Source: Minutocellus sp. GHC0000111
Lineage: Eukaryota
DNA length: 64,000 nucleotides
Assembly (NCBI GenBank): GCA_977018835.1
Contig: OZ361257.1
Location: 4,030,001-4,094,000, forward strand
Reading direction: 5' to 3'
Below, piece by piece: positions 1 through 11,442 of this stretch. Numbering within the stretch: the first letter of the stretch is position 1; each line of letters opens with the position of its first letter. The notes under the pieces were generated by a model. That model was not told the DNA's origin and searched no databases. It was given only the letters and a program-made list of their open reading frames with translations. The position numbers and the translations under genes were made by a program.

Positions 1-1
1 G

Positions 2-2905
2 TGGAACAATTCGCCCAACGAATCGTCTTCGTCTTCGCCATCAGCTCAGAGCAGCAGTAGCAGCAGCAGGGACTCGACTACTTCAGACCGTCTTCGAGAG
101 ATGCTGAATGAATTTCGCGCCTCCTCCTCTGCGATGCGACAGAAGCAGGCAGAGGGTGCCAAAGGGGGCATAGCGGGGAGGAGGAAGAATGATGCCGTTG
201 ATCAAAAGAACGCATTGAGGAGTGGCAGCAGCAATGCCGCCAGCACAAAGAAAGCAACATCCCCGTCGTCATCTTCTGAGCCCGAATCCACCCTCAGTAC
301 AGGTACATCCAAGATCAGTGAGCTCCGCAATGCTTTGATGGGATCCCTGAAGCGAAATCAGGCAGCTGCGAGAGATGCCAATCAGTGGCGAAGTGGGAGG
401 AGAGGAGAAGGGGGAGGTGGTGGACGATACCAACAGCAATATCAGCAAAAGCAAAACGATCGGCGTCCAAGCTGGAGAGATCGGGCACAAGTGAGAGAGC
501 AAATGAAAGGAGGAATCGGCGGCGTGAATTATGCCGAAGAATCGCCACAAGAGTTGGCATCCGAAAAAATACTCAGGGAGATGGAGGAAGCCAAGCAAAA
601 GGCCATCCAGGCTGTGCAGGAAGCGGGGATGGTTCAGGGTGCTTCTTCAGAAGATAGAGAGGAAGAAGAAGATAATGATGGTGATTCCAACACCATCGTC
701 TTACCGAACCGATCGATGAGCCTTTCGGAGCTCTCCTCGATTCTTCGGGTGAGAACGTCTAAGCTGATTGAGACTGTGTCGTCTCTCGGCGAGCGTATTC
801 CTCGGGATGATGCGGACGCCACCGAGCACAAAATCGATATTGATGTTGCGGAACTAGCAGCGTTGGAGCTAGGTTTCGATCCCGTGAGAGCCAAGCATGG
901 TGCCGGGCACAAGTGGAAGAGCTTGGAAGATGCCGAGCGGAGGATGCGCCGGGGCGTGAGTGGGAGCACGGTGGGAGCAGAGAATACTACTGACGACGAA
1001 GATGCAGTCACCAAAACTGCCGAGGATATGGAATATGAGTCGCTTCCCCCACGTCCACCTGTTGTTTGCATTATGGGCCACGTCGATCATGGCAAAACCA
1101 CGCTCATGGATGCCCTTCGAAGAAGAGCTGAGGCAAGCGCAACTGCTGGTGGGAAGAAGAAGAAAGGCAAGGGTGCGTCCAAGAAGAAGAAAAAGGCCAA
1201 GAACAAGTCCGATACGAACACCAAGAAAGAAAAAGGCGGTGTCATCGTTGGAGATGTGGCCGGTACCGAGGCAGGTGGCATCACGCAGGTGGTAACGGCA
1301 ATTCAGCTTTCGCTCCCCTCGACGGAGGACTCTTCGGACTCTGATATGGACGCAGCAGTAACCTTCCTTGATACTCCTGGTCATGCCGCATTCAAGTCAA
1401 TGCGTCGATCTGGTTCGTCGGGTGCCGATATTATTGTCCTTGTCGTAGCAGCTGACGATGGCGTCTCTCCGCAAACAATTGAAATTATTGATACTTACAA
1501 ATCCATCGCTAGAGCCCAGCCGGGATCAATCTCACTCGTCGTTGCCATGACAAAGATCGATAAGCCAGGGGTGAAGATCGACGAAAGCGTAACGATGATC
1601 GAGAACCAGCTTCTTGAGCAGGGAATCTTGCCAGAAGGTATGCCCTCGAAGGATGGGTCCGAATTTGGACCTCCCGCGCAACTTGTTCCCGTGAGCGGAA
1701 TGACCGGCGAAGGCTTGGATGATTTGATTGAGGGCCTTGTCCTCCAGTCTGAAGTCATGGATCTTAGAGCCGACGAGGAGGCTAGGGCGGAGGGCGTTGT
1801 TATGGACGCACGCGTCGATAAGGGACTCGGCATTGTTGCCGATTGCATTGTCCGGTGGGGCAAGCTTGAGCGTGGAGACTACGTTGTGAGCGGTGTCCAC
1901 GGAGGGAAAGTGCGTATCCTCAGTGACACGAATGGAGCGCCTCTTAAGAAGGCACGTCCTTCGCAACCCGTCCGGATCGTCGGCCTTAAGAGCCTACCAA
2001 AGGCCGGTGACCCTATTGTTTCTGTGCAATCAGAAGAAATCGCCAAGGAACTCATTGAAAGGAAGGAAGCCCTTGCCTCCACTGAGGGTGGATCGGTCGC
2101 ATTCCGAGCAGATTCTACCTCCGGCCCTGAACTGCAAGTCACCGGCATGGCCTCAAAGCAAGGCTCCATGCTTCAGAAAGTTCTTGATAAGTACGGCATG
2201 GGTGAAGAGGATACCAATGAAACTATCCGTATCCCCGTCGTCATCAAGGCCGATGCAGATGGATCGCTTGAGGCGGTTAGAGATGCTATGCTCGCCATCG
2301 GAGACGATTCCAAGCGAGACATAGTCATCGATCCTATATCTTTGGGTGTTGGTGCCCCGACAACTACCGATGTTACCATGGCGAAGGAGAGTGGAGCCTC
2401 CGTCTTTTGTTTCGGCTTGAAGGGAACATCGGACAAGGCGGCCGCCAGCCTCGCTGAGGCTGAAGGTGTGTCGATTGTATCCAATGATGTCATCTATACT
2501 CTCCTGGACGAGGCAAAAGATTTGTTCTCCTCACACTTGCCCCCTGTGCCTGTGGAGAAGGTCCACGGCCGTGCAGAAGTCAAGGCTGTGTACGATATCA
2601 ACAATAAGAAGGATGCCGAGCGCATCGCGGGGTTACAGGTGTCCGACGGCCAGCTCTTTTTGGATAAGACCGCATCATCAGGCGATGGACCTTCCCTCAC
2701 TTGTCACTATCGCATTTTGCGTAATGGAGAGCTCATCTCTGAGAACAGCGAGATGTTGCGTGCCAAGAGTTTGAGGCGCTTTAAGGAGGAAGTGACGGAT
2801 GTTCGCCGTGGCGATGAGTGTGGTCTCGGCCTGGGTTTTCAAGACATCCAAGAAGGCGATACGATCGAGTGCTACAGCGTCGAGATGAAGAGTGTATTTT
2901 TCTAA
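2..2905 (+). CDS. infB: Organellar (probably mitochondrial) translation initiation factor IF-2; 5' end lies upstream of the window
   Basis: GTPase motifs GHVDHGKTTL, TEAGGITQ, FLDTPGHAAF, TKID; IF2 domains IKADADGSLEA and SLRRFKEEVTDVRRGDECG. The frame is open from position 2 to the ATG at 101. Confidence 0.93.
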   Translation, partial: WNNSPNESSSSSPSAQSSSSSSRDSTTSDRLREMLNEFRASSSAMRQKQAEGAKGGIAGRRKNDAVDQKNALRSGSSNAASTKKATSPSSSSEPESTLSTGTSKISELRNALMGSLKRNQAAARDANQWRSGRRGEGGGGGRYQQQYQQKQNDRRPSWRDRAQVREQMKGGIGGVNYAEESPQELASEKILREMEEAKQKAIQAVQEAGMVQGASSEDREEEEDNDGDSNTIVLPNRSMSLSELSSILRVRTSKLIETVSSLGERIPRDDADATEHKIDIDVAELAALELGFDPVRAKHGAGHKWKSLEDAERRMRRGVSGSTVGAENTTDDEDAVTKTAEDMEYESLPPRPPVVCIMGHVDHGKTTLMDALRRRAEASATAGGKKKKGKGASKKKKKAKNKSDTNTKKEKGGVIVGDVAGTEAGGITQVVTAIQLSLPSTEDSSDSDMDAAVTFLDTPGHAAFKSMRRSGSSGADIIVLVVAADDGVSPQTIEIIDTYKSIARAQPGSISLVVAMTKIDKPGVKIDESVTMIENQLLEQGILPEGMPSKDGSEFGPPAQLVPVSGMTGEGLDDLIEGLVLQSEVMDLRADEEARAEGVVMDARVDKGLGIVADCIVRWGKLERGDYVVSGVHGGKVRILSDTNGAPLKKARPSQPVRIVGLKSLPKAGDPIVSVQSEEIAKELIERKEALASTEGGSVAFRADSTSGPELQVTGMASKQGSMLQKVLDKYGMGEEDTNETIRIPVVIKADADGSLEAVRDAMLAIGDDSKRDIVIDPISLGVGAPTTTDVTMAKESGASVFCFGLKGTSDKAAASLAEAEGVSIVSNDVIYTLLDEAKDLFSSHLPPVPVEKVHGRAEVKAVYDINNKKDAERIAGLQVSDGQLFLDKTASSGDGPSLTCHYRILRNGELISENSEMLRAKSLRRFKEEVTDVRRGDECGLGLGFQDIQEGDTIECYSVEMKSVFF

Positions 2906-3046
2906 AGCTACTTGTGAATAGATGGTGCAAAATAGATAGAGATAATGAGAAGGCACCTGTTGGGTACGTAGCTTAGTGGCTTTTAGCATATAGAGAAAGC
3001 TCCAATCTACGTAGCTAGTAGATTCGGCTGACAATCAATTACTCCA

Positions 3047-6000
3047 TTAGTCAGTCTCATCATAGGATTCTTCGAGCTCGACCTCATCGCCGCTTTCCTC
3101 GTCGTGTTGATCCTCGGCAATGGGATCCTGGTTTTCTTCGGCTTCGTCGTCCGATGTGACATCGTGCTCGTACCACACTCCCCTGAGTTGATGAGTGAGA
3201 ACGGCGTAATGGGCGAGGTGGGATGAAAGGAAATAAGAGACACATTTTGAGCATGAGAAAAGTTGGGTTCCATGCGTAAAGTACTAAAAATACACAGCAT
3301 GAAGATCCACCGCCAACTAACTCACCCTCCTCCATCAATCAATTCGCCCTTGGCGTTGTCATCCTTGGAATAGATGCCCACCGATGCCATTGTATGCTCT
3401 CCTTTCTTCCTTTCTTGCCTCGCCTTTGCGCGTTCTGCGAGGGAACTTGATGATGTCCCGCTACTACCGGAGCCAATCTTGACCACTACCGAAGCAGAGG
3501 GCATCAGCTTGAGTTCTCGAAGCGTCTTGTTCATGACATCGGTATCGGACGACTTGACAATGAGCCTCCGTGCGGTGCAAGTAATCTGAACTTCCTCTCC
3601 CGCTGGCACTCCGCCGGGCAATTTATCGACAAGACTTGACAAGGTATTGTCGGCTCGCATTGCAAGGTCGTGCACCTTCTTTTTGCCATCGATGCGCAGC
3701 CGTATGGTACAGGCGTCAGGGTCGATTTGTTCCTCCTCCTCTTCCTCCTCGGAGTCGTACTCGTCTTCCAGTTCTGCCTCTGCTGCAAGACGGGCTCTCT
3801 CCAGCTCATCTCTCTTCAATCGAGCGGCCTTGGCGATCTCGTATCGATTCTTGTCGATCCACTTGTCTATGCAATCTCTTGCAACGAGCAATGGGGCAAC
3901 ATTTACTGCCTTCTTTCCCTTGCCGATCACAAGAATATGACCGTCGCCCTCTTCGGCTCCAAATCCCACGCTCTTGAGGATGGCCACAGCCGACGGTTGA
4001 GATGCCACTCTCGCCGCAATTACCTTGTTGGCGAGATTGACCTTGCGGAATTTTGTTTCGTACGGGTCCCGAATGACATTCGATAGGAGCGTCCGGATGG
4101 TTTTGGCCGCCTCCTCTGCGTCGGCCATGTTGGTGTTCTGAACCAATTCGTCAAGTCTCGCTACGGTCCGATCTTGAAGGCGTTCGCGTGCACTAAATGG
4201 AAAGCTCGCCGAACCCACAACCTTGGTCAGCTTCGTCGACAACACCGCAAACTCCTTCTTTTGTTCTGCCGTTACGGGAGGATTAAACTCAGTACCGGGG
4301 ACCATGAGGCCCATCATGAAGTTTCGCATCATCTCCTCATCTCGAGGCATCCCCTGGAACATGTTGACGATCTTACCGTCACGGATGCCAAATACTGTGT
4401 GTAAGTGGATGGATACGAAATAAGATGAAAATATGAAAATATCAGATAATGTTGGGGCGGGCAATCAAGAAAGAAAAATAAAGCAACGCATGGAGAAATG
4501 CAGAACCACGTAATTGATTTTTTAAAGCAGAGTATATCTCACCTGTTGGGAGGGCTTTGACCTCAAGAGCTTGCGATGCACTGCGTTCATTATCACTGTT
4601 CAGCTTTACCAATCGGAACATACCACCCGCCTTGACGGCCATTTGTTCGAGTGCTGGTGCCAGAGCCTTGCAGAGTCCACACCAGTCTGTGTTGGCGCGG
4701 GAAATGTGGTGAGTGTAGAGAAAGAAGACGAATGTGTGAGAGAATTGTGTGATGCCTCGAAAGTAGAAGGCGGTCAAGATAACCAAAAATGAATTCATTG
4801 CCAGCACTGCAAATGTGTTGCAATCGAAAGTATTATCAATATTCACCGCTCGTGCCGATGAAAGATATCCTCCCACAAGAATCGTCACTCACCCGCGTAG
4901 ACATCCAAAAGAACGGGCACAGGAGATTCCATGATGATCTCCTGAATTTGATCCGTGGTGATATCAAAGACGACGTCCTCTTTTTTGGCTGGTCCGGGCA
5001 TTCCATCGGGTTTCGCACCTTGCGAGTTCGCTGCTGCGCCAGTGGCACCGCCCAACCCAAGTCCAGCCGCAGCCGCATTCATTCCACCAGCACCGGGTGC
5101 AGGCTGAGTAGGATCAAAATTGGCATCGACCTTGATCTCTTTCATGTTGGCCTCGGCCTCCTTTTTCGCCTCCATCTCCTCTCGAAGACGCAACCGCGCC
5201 TGTTCCTCTTCATATGCTGCCTGGGCCTCCCTCTCGGCCTGCTCGTCCTCTTGTTCGGCCAACAGAATCGCCCGAGCATCGTCAATCTGCATATCGGCAA
5301 AGGCCAGCGCCCGTCGAGAGAGGAGGGGATCATGACCCTCCGAAACAAGTTGCTTGACCTACGTTCGTACATGCGCATATCCAACCACGCATTCACGGCG
5401 ACGGTGTAACAGAAGTGAAAATGGCAATCAAGTGGGTGAGAAACTATGACTGCGTGCAAGGACAAAGATTGTAGATATTTGAATAATTGGATTGTCCCTC
5501 CCGTGTCAACTTCGTTCGAGGTGAAAGTGATCGACAACAAATAATGTCTGCCACAGAACGAGCTAATTATCCAGAAGAGCCGCGCGGGGTAGTTAAGCCG
5601 CACGACGTGTATATCTTCCCCATCAGCGTCAGCAAAAAGCCTCCCAAAGAAGCGCTCCAGGGAACACAGTTGCGAGAGAATCCCACATCTGGTCTGGTTA
5701 TCGGCGCCGGAAGCAAAGGTGTAGTAACGCTCGGGGTTTCACAACAGACAGATCAAGCAATATGCAAAACACAAATCAACCATCAACCATCAACCTTCTC
5801 ATCTCGCGCCTCATGAATAGAAACATACCTCGTCGCAGTCTTCGGTAACTCCGCTAATGGCATCCCGTTCGGCCACAATCAGCTCCCTCGCCAGGGTCTC
5901 ATCGACACGTCGGTAGTCGCCCTCTCCCGTCGCAGTAGCGCCCAGGGCGGCCATGACGATCTGTCTATCGACGTCGAGCTCATCAGCGATCCGATCGGCC

Positions 6001-6449
6001 ATTTCGTTGATATCCTCCTCCGTCTGGGGAGCCTCCTGCTTCGATGGCATCTCGCAAACACCACCCTCGCAGTTCATTTCGGTCGATCCGACGTCTTGGT
6101 CGTCATCATCATCGACCGGAACTTCCACGTCAGGATTGAGCCCATACTTTTTCATAGCCTCGCGTACCTTCTCGTCAAGGCTCTTCTCCTCACCGTCGAC
6201 ACCAGCAGGTGTACTGGTGGCATCTTCGGCTACCGTGGAGTCGGCACCTCCACGAGGAACTCGGCTGAAAGTTGAAGTTGCGGCAGCGGATATCGATTTC
6301 GCCGAGGAGAAGGCACGGCTTCGTGCAATACCGATACCCCACGGAGACGCATATGACGACGACGGCACGCCAGCAGCAGCGGACACCGACGGCGAGATGG
6401 CCGAGATGGCCGAGAGGGCCAGACCGAGGGCAAGATTTGGGAATCTCAT
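3047..6449 (-). CDS. Multi-exon protein: signal/transit leader, UBA-like, thioredoxin, PUB and ubiquitin/UBX-like domains; resembles the periplastid SELMA factor sPUB
   Basis: Approximate exons 6449-5829, 5358-4892, 4687-4543, ~4430-3326, ~3183-3047 with GT-AG ends. Leader MRFPNLALGLALSAISAISPSVSA; UBA-like VKQLVSEGHDPLLSRRALAFAD; Trx VPVLLDVYA/DWCGLCK; PUB LLSNVIRDPYETKFRKVNLAN...ILKSVGF; acidic tail ending YDETD*. Confidence 0.75.
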
Positions 6450-6943
6450 GCTACTTCTGAGAGTTTGATGGTGGTGATGGTCGGACCTCTCTTGTTTGTC
6501 GTCAAAATTCAACACTGAATCAGCAGCAGCACAGGAGAAAGAAAGATGCGCCAATGGCAGGAAATTGCGGGAAGCAGAACAGCACTACTTGGTAGGCCTA
6601 GCTCTAGAGGATTGCAAGTAAGTTGAATAGTATCACACGGCGCCACAACTCAACTCTGACTTGCATCGGTAGAAATGGTGCGTGCGTCGGTGCGGATGAC
6701 AGGTCTTACCACACGAACCCTACACGACCCTGGTGGATGGGTTACGTTGGGTGGCACATTCCACACATAACAAAAATGTCCGGGTAAAAAAACCTGCAAG
6801 GGCATCAACTGACGACGGAAAGGACGCTTTCGTCTTTCCGGCGTCGTGGATTTAGTTGGTCGTTCGCCGTTGGATCTTCCATTCCAAGGTCATGCAAAAA
6901 CAAGCTGGTTCTGGTTCGAATGATCTCTTTCCCCTGAAGGCCA

Positions 6944-8251
6944 ATGAAGGCACCCTCAATCCTTTTGGCCGTTTTCTTCATTTTGGGAACAAGCAGTTGC
7001 GATGCCTTCGTGACAAATCCATTGCTAGCGCTGTGGTCTCATCATGCTTCAACTTGCTGCCGGCGCGCAGGCACGCCATCATCTGCTGATGATACGACTT
7101 CAGCAGATGACACGGCTGCTAGTCGTAGATCTACTCCACGAGCGACATATCAGACCTTGTTTACGATGAGTGAGGGAGATCGATTGCGATTCCAGTACGA
7201 TTTTGATGAGTTAGTCATTGATTCGAAAGATTCACCTGCCCCACCGACATCGACACCAACTCCAACGCATGCCGTAATGTTGATCCATCCCATTGGCGTG
7301 GGCATCGGGCGCTGGTACTACGACAGGCTGCTGGAATCGCTTGGGGATAACGCCAGTGGTCCCAATGCTAATGTCGCTGATAGAACTGTCTTTCTTTCAC
7401 CTGATCTTCTTGGAAGCGGCAGCGCCAGTGCGCCTATTGCCGCCGATGGTACCGACATGCTAGAGCTTCCCCTGCTAACAGTCAGCGATTGGTCGGATCA
7501 GTTGCAAGATTTGATGGCAGATTACGAGATTCGAAGCGAAAGGAAGGGCCATCCCATCGATCAGTGGACGGTTGTGGCCAACGGAGGTTGCTCGCCGATC
7601 GCACTGGATGTGGCTCGGAGTTCTGTCGGTGGTACTGAGCCGTTCACCTCAAAAGTAGCCAATGTCGTGTTGTCCTCGCCCCCTCGGCTGCCATTCTTTA
7701 TGGACAGCGTAGACCCCCAAAAGGTGAAGAAGTCGTACAGGACTCTTTCGGGCATTGCAGGAAGATTGTTTTGGTGGTATGCCCTCCGGAAGAGAGGAAA
7801 GTTTATTCAGAGTTTTAGTGAAAAGAATCTCGTTGGCAGTCCAGAAAGCTTAGGTGATGAATGGACCAAGAATTGCGTTGCAGTAGCCAAGTTGAATGAC
7901 GGTAGGAGCCGATATTCAACATTCTCTTTCCTTGCGGGATCGCTGCAAGAGGGATGCAGGAGGAGCCTGGATGAATTGAAGAATTCCCACGTCAACATAA
8001 AATTTATTCGGGGAACTGATAAAAGGAGGAACCGAGCTCGTAGTTGGTTTTGGCAACGTCGGAAAAGGAGAAAAGAGGAGGAAGGCAAAAGTGAAGTAAA
8101 AGAGGAAAATGAAGATGCAGCAGAAATGACCATTGAGCAATACGTGAAAGCAAATGGAAATGGAGGTAATGTGGAGTTTATTGGCGGTAGAATATCTCTT
8201 GCTCGCGAAGATCCAAGAGGTTATGCTGCAGCCTTGCGTCTTTTGTTGTAA
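6944..8251 (+). CDS. Alpha/beta-hydrolase-fold protein, probably plastid-targeted
   Basis: Signal peptide ending CDA-F; MLIHPIGVG..RWYY, SPDLLGSG.S, WSDQL motifs of the alpha/beta fold. Confidence 0.75.
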   Translation: MKAPSILLAVFFILGTSSCDAFVTNPLLALWSHHASTCCRRAGTPSSADDTTSADDTAASRRSTPRATYQTLFTMSEGDRLRFQYDFDELVIDSKDSPAPPTSTPTPTHAVMLIHPIGVGIGRWYYDRLLESLGDNASGPNANVADRTVFLSPDLLGSGSASAPIAADGTDMLELPLLTVSDWSDQLQDLMADYEIRSERKGHPIDQWTVVANGGCSPIALDVARSSVGGTEPFTSKVANVVLSSPPRLPFFMDSVDPQKVKKSYRTLSGIAGRLFWWYALRKRGKFIQSFSEKNLVGSPESLGDEWTKNCVAVAKLNDGRSRYSTFSFLAGSLQEGCRRSLDELKNSHVNIKFIRGTDKRRNRARSWFWQRRKRRKEEEGKSEVKEENEDAAEMTIEQYVKANGNGGNVEFIGGRISLAREDPRGYAAALRLLL

Positions 8252-8270
8252 CATCGTAATCTTGCCTCAT

Positions 8271-9187
8271 TTACTTTACATCAATAAACCAATCAGTGAC
8301 TGCATTTGTGGTTTGTGGGTCCGCCATGAAATGGAAGAATCCATCAAACTGCAAATATGCTTCTTCCTCGGAGCTCTCCAAGAGCATAGGCAACCATATG
8401 CTATCATCGGCAAACATTTGATTGAGTGGAATATTTCTCCAATCATCGATCCATATCGGTGTGATTTCTTCACACCCTCTGATTCCCAACTCTATTCTCT
8501 TCCTTTCGTCTTTGTCTTTGCTAATATCTTTCAAGTCGACCCGGAACAGATGCACAATCATTTCAAAGTCTTCCTCTTGGTCAAATGTAAAATGGATGGT
8601 CCCCACTTGCCCACTTTGGTCAGTGGAACCAAAATATTTGCCTCTTCGTGCAGTTCTCGAACGGCGGCAGCTGCCGGACATGCGTCGGCGGGGTCGATCT
8701 TACCGCCAAAGGAGTTGTACAGGCCCTTTCCAAAGCCACGATGCTTCATCCCCAGCAGAATGCGCCTACGAGATGGCGATTCGCGGTCGGTAACAATGAC
8801 AAGCGAGTAATATTTTCGTCCAGGCAGTGATTTCTTGGCATTGCCATCTGATCCATGCACAGACTCGTGAAAGGAAGCAAATGTCGCATGTTGCCGGCCG
8901 AGTCTGTCGGAGGGCAATATATTGGGGAACTTCTCGGCATGCGACAGTGTACTCGTGCTACTTTTGGCGCAGTGGCAGTGGCTACTAGAACTCATTGTGT
9001 TGGTGCTCCCAAAAGCACTCGGTGTTGGTCTGTTTCCGCTGTTCCAGGTTACGATGCTTCGTCGTTGGTCGTCAGACGAACGGGCGAGATGATAGTTGAA
9101 AGCGGTAGCAGTGCTCGGCAGCAATGCGGCAGGTACGGCCAGTAGGAGTGCAGCAGCGGCGGGAAAGTGCCAGTAGCGATCGAACAT
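8271..9187 (-). CDS. NUDT1: Nudix hydrolase, MTH1/NUDT1-like (8-oxo-dGTPase), frameshifted at ~8602-8616
   Basis: ILLGMKHRGFGKGLYNSFGGKID..AAVRELHEE in the 9187 frame; VGTIHFTF..EEITPIW..IPLNQMFADDSIWLP in the 8681 frame; N-terminal signal ending TA-F. Confidence 0.85.
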
Positions 9188-9288
9188 GTATCGGGAACTA
9201 CGTGATACTACGAGAACGCAGGGGCGGCTAGCTACAACCAGCAGAAAACTAACAATAATTGGAGGCCGCCAGCAGGAATAATACAGTA

Positions 9289-9369
9289 TTAATTGGAGGT
9301 GGCAGGGGCAGCATCAAGCAGCCGAGCTCGTTAATTGAGGTGGCAGGGGCAGCAGCAGCATCAAGCAGC
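9289..9369. repeat. Imperfect direct repeat, two copies of ~34-39 bp
   Basis: ttaattg(g)aggtggcaggggcagca...tcaagcagc occurs twice. Confidence 0.7.
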
Positions 9370-9784
9370 TACCTAGGTATGCCGAGAGCCGGCCGAGCTG
9401 CTTGGCTCTGCTCTGCTCTTGGCGGTTGCGCCACAGCTCCACCTCCGGGTTATTCAGTGCCTCTCTTCTAAACTTTTAGCTTCAAGCTTGCCGGCCTACC
9501 TCCGCCAAAAAATCCTCAACGCATTCACAGTCGGCATTGCTCTCTCGCTCTCGTCCAAACCCATCGCTCCCTCGAACCTCTGCGCTCTGCTGCCGTGGCT
9601 TCGTTGTTCTCTGTGCTAACTAGAATTCTACCTGGCTCCGGTGACAACGTTTGTTTGTATTCCTCTTCAGTTTAGAAGGAACATCCAACTGTATTTTTGC
9701 GCATATTCGCATTGCCCTCGAAATTTGAAAAGCTGAGCACAAAACAAGTGCCGACAAGACTGATTGATTGAATTTGACGAAAGC

Positions 9785-10444
9785 ATGGGCTTCTTCAAGA
9801 ACGGAAGCAAGAAGGGCGGCGAGATCGAAGAGACCGGCCCAACGGCCGCCGCTGCTCCTCCTTTGGCGTCAGCTCCGGCTCCGGTCCCCGCTAGCGAGGC
9901 TCCGGCGGCTGGCTCTGGCCGTCCCCCGACATCTCCTCCGACGGCAGCGGGCAGCCCCACTGCCGCTGCTGCTCCCATCCCCCCGACCAACTACGACACC
10001 GACGGCGGCAACCGCACCGACGGGGCCGAGACCGACGAGGAGGGGGCCGCCGACGACCTCGAGGGCAAGGAGCTCGACGAGGACCTCGAGTGGGACGAGG
10101 GCGGCCCGTCGCAGTGCGGCTACTCCGAGCCCATCCACGGCGTCCTCATGTCGGCCGGGGCGGCCATCCACCGCGTCGTCGACGATCCCGGGGAGGGCGT
10201 GAAGGTCGGCATGCGCCGGATCGGCAACTTCTTCCAGGAGGCCAGCTACGCCGTCCGCGACGTCGTGCGGGGCGACGCCGGCGTCAAGGACGACGCCCGC
10301 AACGCCTGGAAGGAGATGGTCGGCGCCCACGAGGGCGAGGGGGAGGGACCGGCCGACGACGAGGAGGGCAAGGAGAACGACGGCGCCGCCACCGGGGCCG
10401 CTGGTACCAGCCCCGCCGCTAGCCCCACCGCCGCTGCCAACTAG
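9785..10444 (+). CDS. Hypothetical acidic Ala/Pro-rich protein
   Basis: Very strong GC3 codon bias; globular-looking core IHGVLMSAGAAIHRVV...IGNFFQEASYAVRD. Confidence 0.7.
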   Translation: MGFFKNGSKKGGEIEETGPTAAAAPPLASAPAPVPASEAPAAGSGRPPTSPPTAAGSPTAAAAPIPPTNYDTDGGNRTDGAETDEEGAADDLEGKELDEDLEWDEGGPSQCGYSEPIHGVLMSAGAAIHRVVDDPGEGVKVGMRRIGNFFQEASYAVRDVVRGDAGVKDDARNAWKEMVGAHEGEGEGPADDEEGKENDGAATGAAGTSPAASPTAAAN

Positions 10445-11442
10445 ACCGGACTGGACTAGCTAGGCGTCTCTTCTGTATCTACTTACTTGCGTATGAGCAT
10501 TGTCCATTGTCCTATGACGATATCTCATCTCTCATTACCTTCCACCTTTGCCATGAATCGTTAGATTGGATACATGGCGCCGATGAAGGTAAAAATTGAA
10601 TAATCATTTGAGAGGCACTTTGAGGGTACCTAGGTAGGCGTATCAGAAAAGAGGAACAAAGAGAGGAGGAGAAAATGTATTCATCCCAACAGATTTTAAA
10701 TTACTATGAGCTGTACGATTGTACTGTGCATGGGAGCAGGGGAGGTGACGTCGCTCTCTACTAAGGCCTTCGTGTGATGTGCACCATGTGCATCGAATAC
10801 CTCGTAGATCTGTCGGTAGGAATTCCTACATGTGTGAGTGTAGGTTCGTGCTACTACTCGTCGTGCCACCATGTCTCCGATGATAAATGCTCTTACTACT
10901 AATGCTACAGTAGCTGCAGTAATAGCATCAGTTAACGAAGACACAGAAGTACCGTACTGAGAAGAACTACGAGGAGCAGGTCAGCCAGACTTAATCTGGC
11001 AGCTACTTTTGAAGGATTTGTCCCAGCCAACAATCCTGATGCCTGGCGAGATCGAGACTTGTGAGTTGGTCCTATTGATGCCATGTGATTTACAATCTTT
11101 TTATGTTTATATGAAATTATGATGTGTGCTCTTGCTAATGCAAGTGCGGCTACCTATTTTCGAATAGGATTCTATTAGATAGATTTAAGCTATACTTAGT
11201 GGGACGACACCACCACCACCACGCTACACACGGCACGGTGGTAGCGCGGAGCGATAGCGAAGGACAGACGATTGCCGCTCTCCGCCGCCGCTCTGCCTCG
11301 CTCGCTCCGCATCATACTACGTACGTAGCTAGAGAGCTAGTACGTAGCACGTACATGTATCGCCGCCCCGCTCGATCAGGCTTGCCGTCGCGGTACCAGC
11401 AGGCAGCATCGCATCGCCAAGCAACACTTACTGCTGGCAGTA

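Noticed and set aside
10696..11090. Possible degraded minus-strand gene or TE fragment
   Set aside because: Short, interrupted and without a diagnostic motif.
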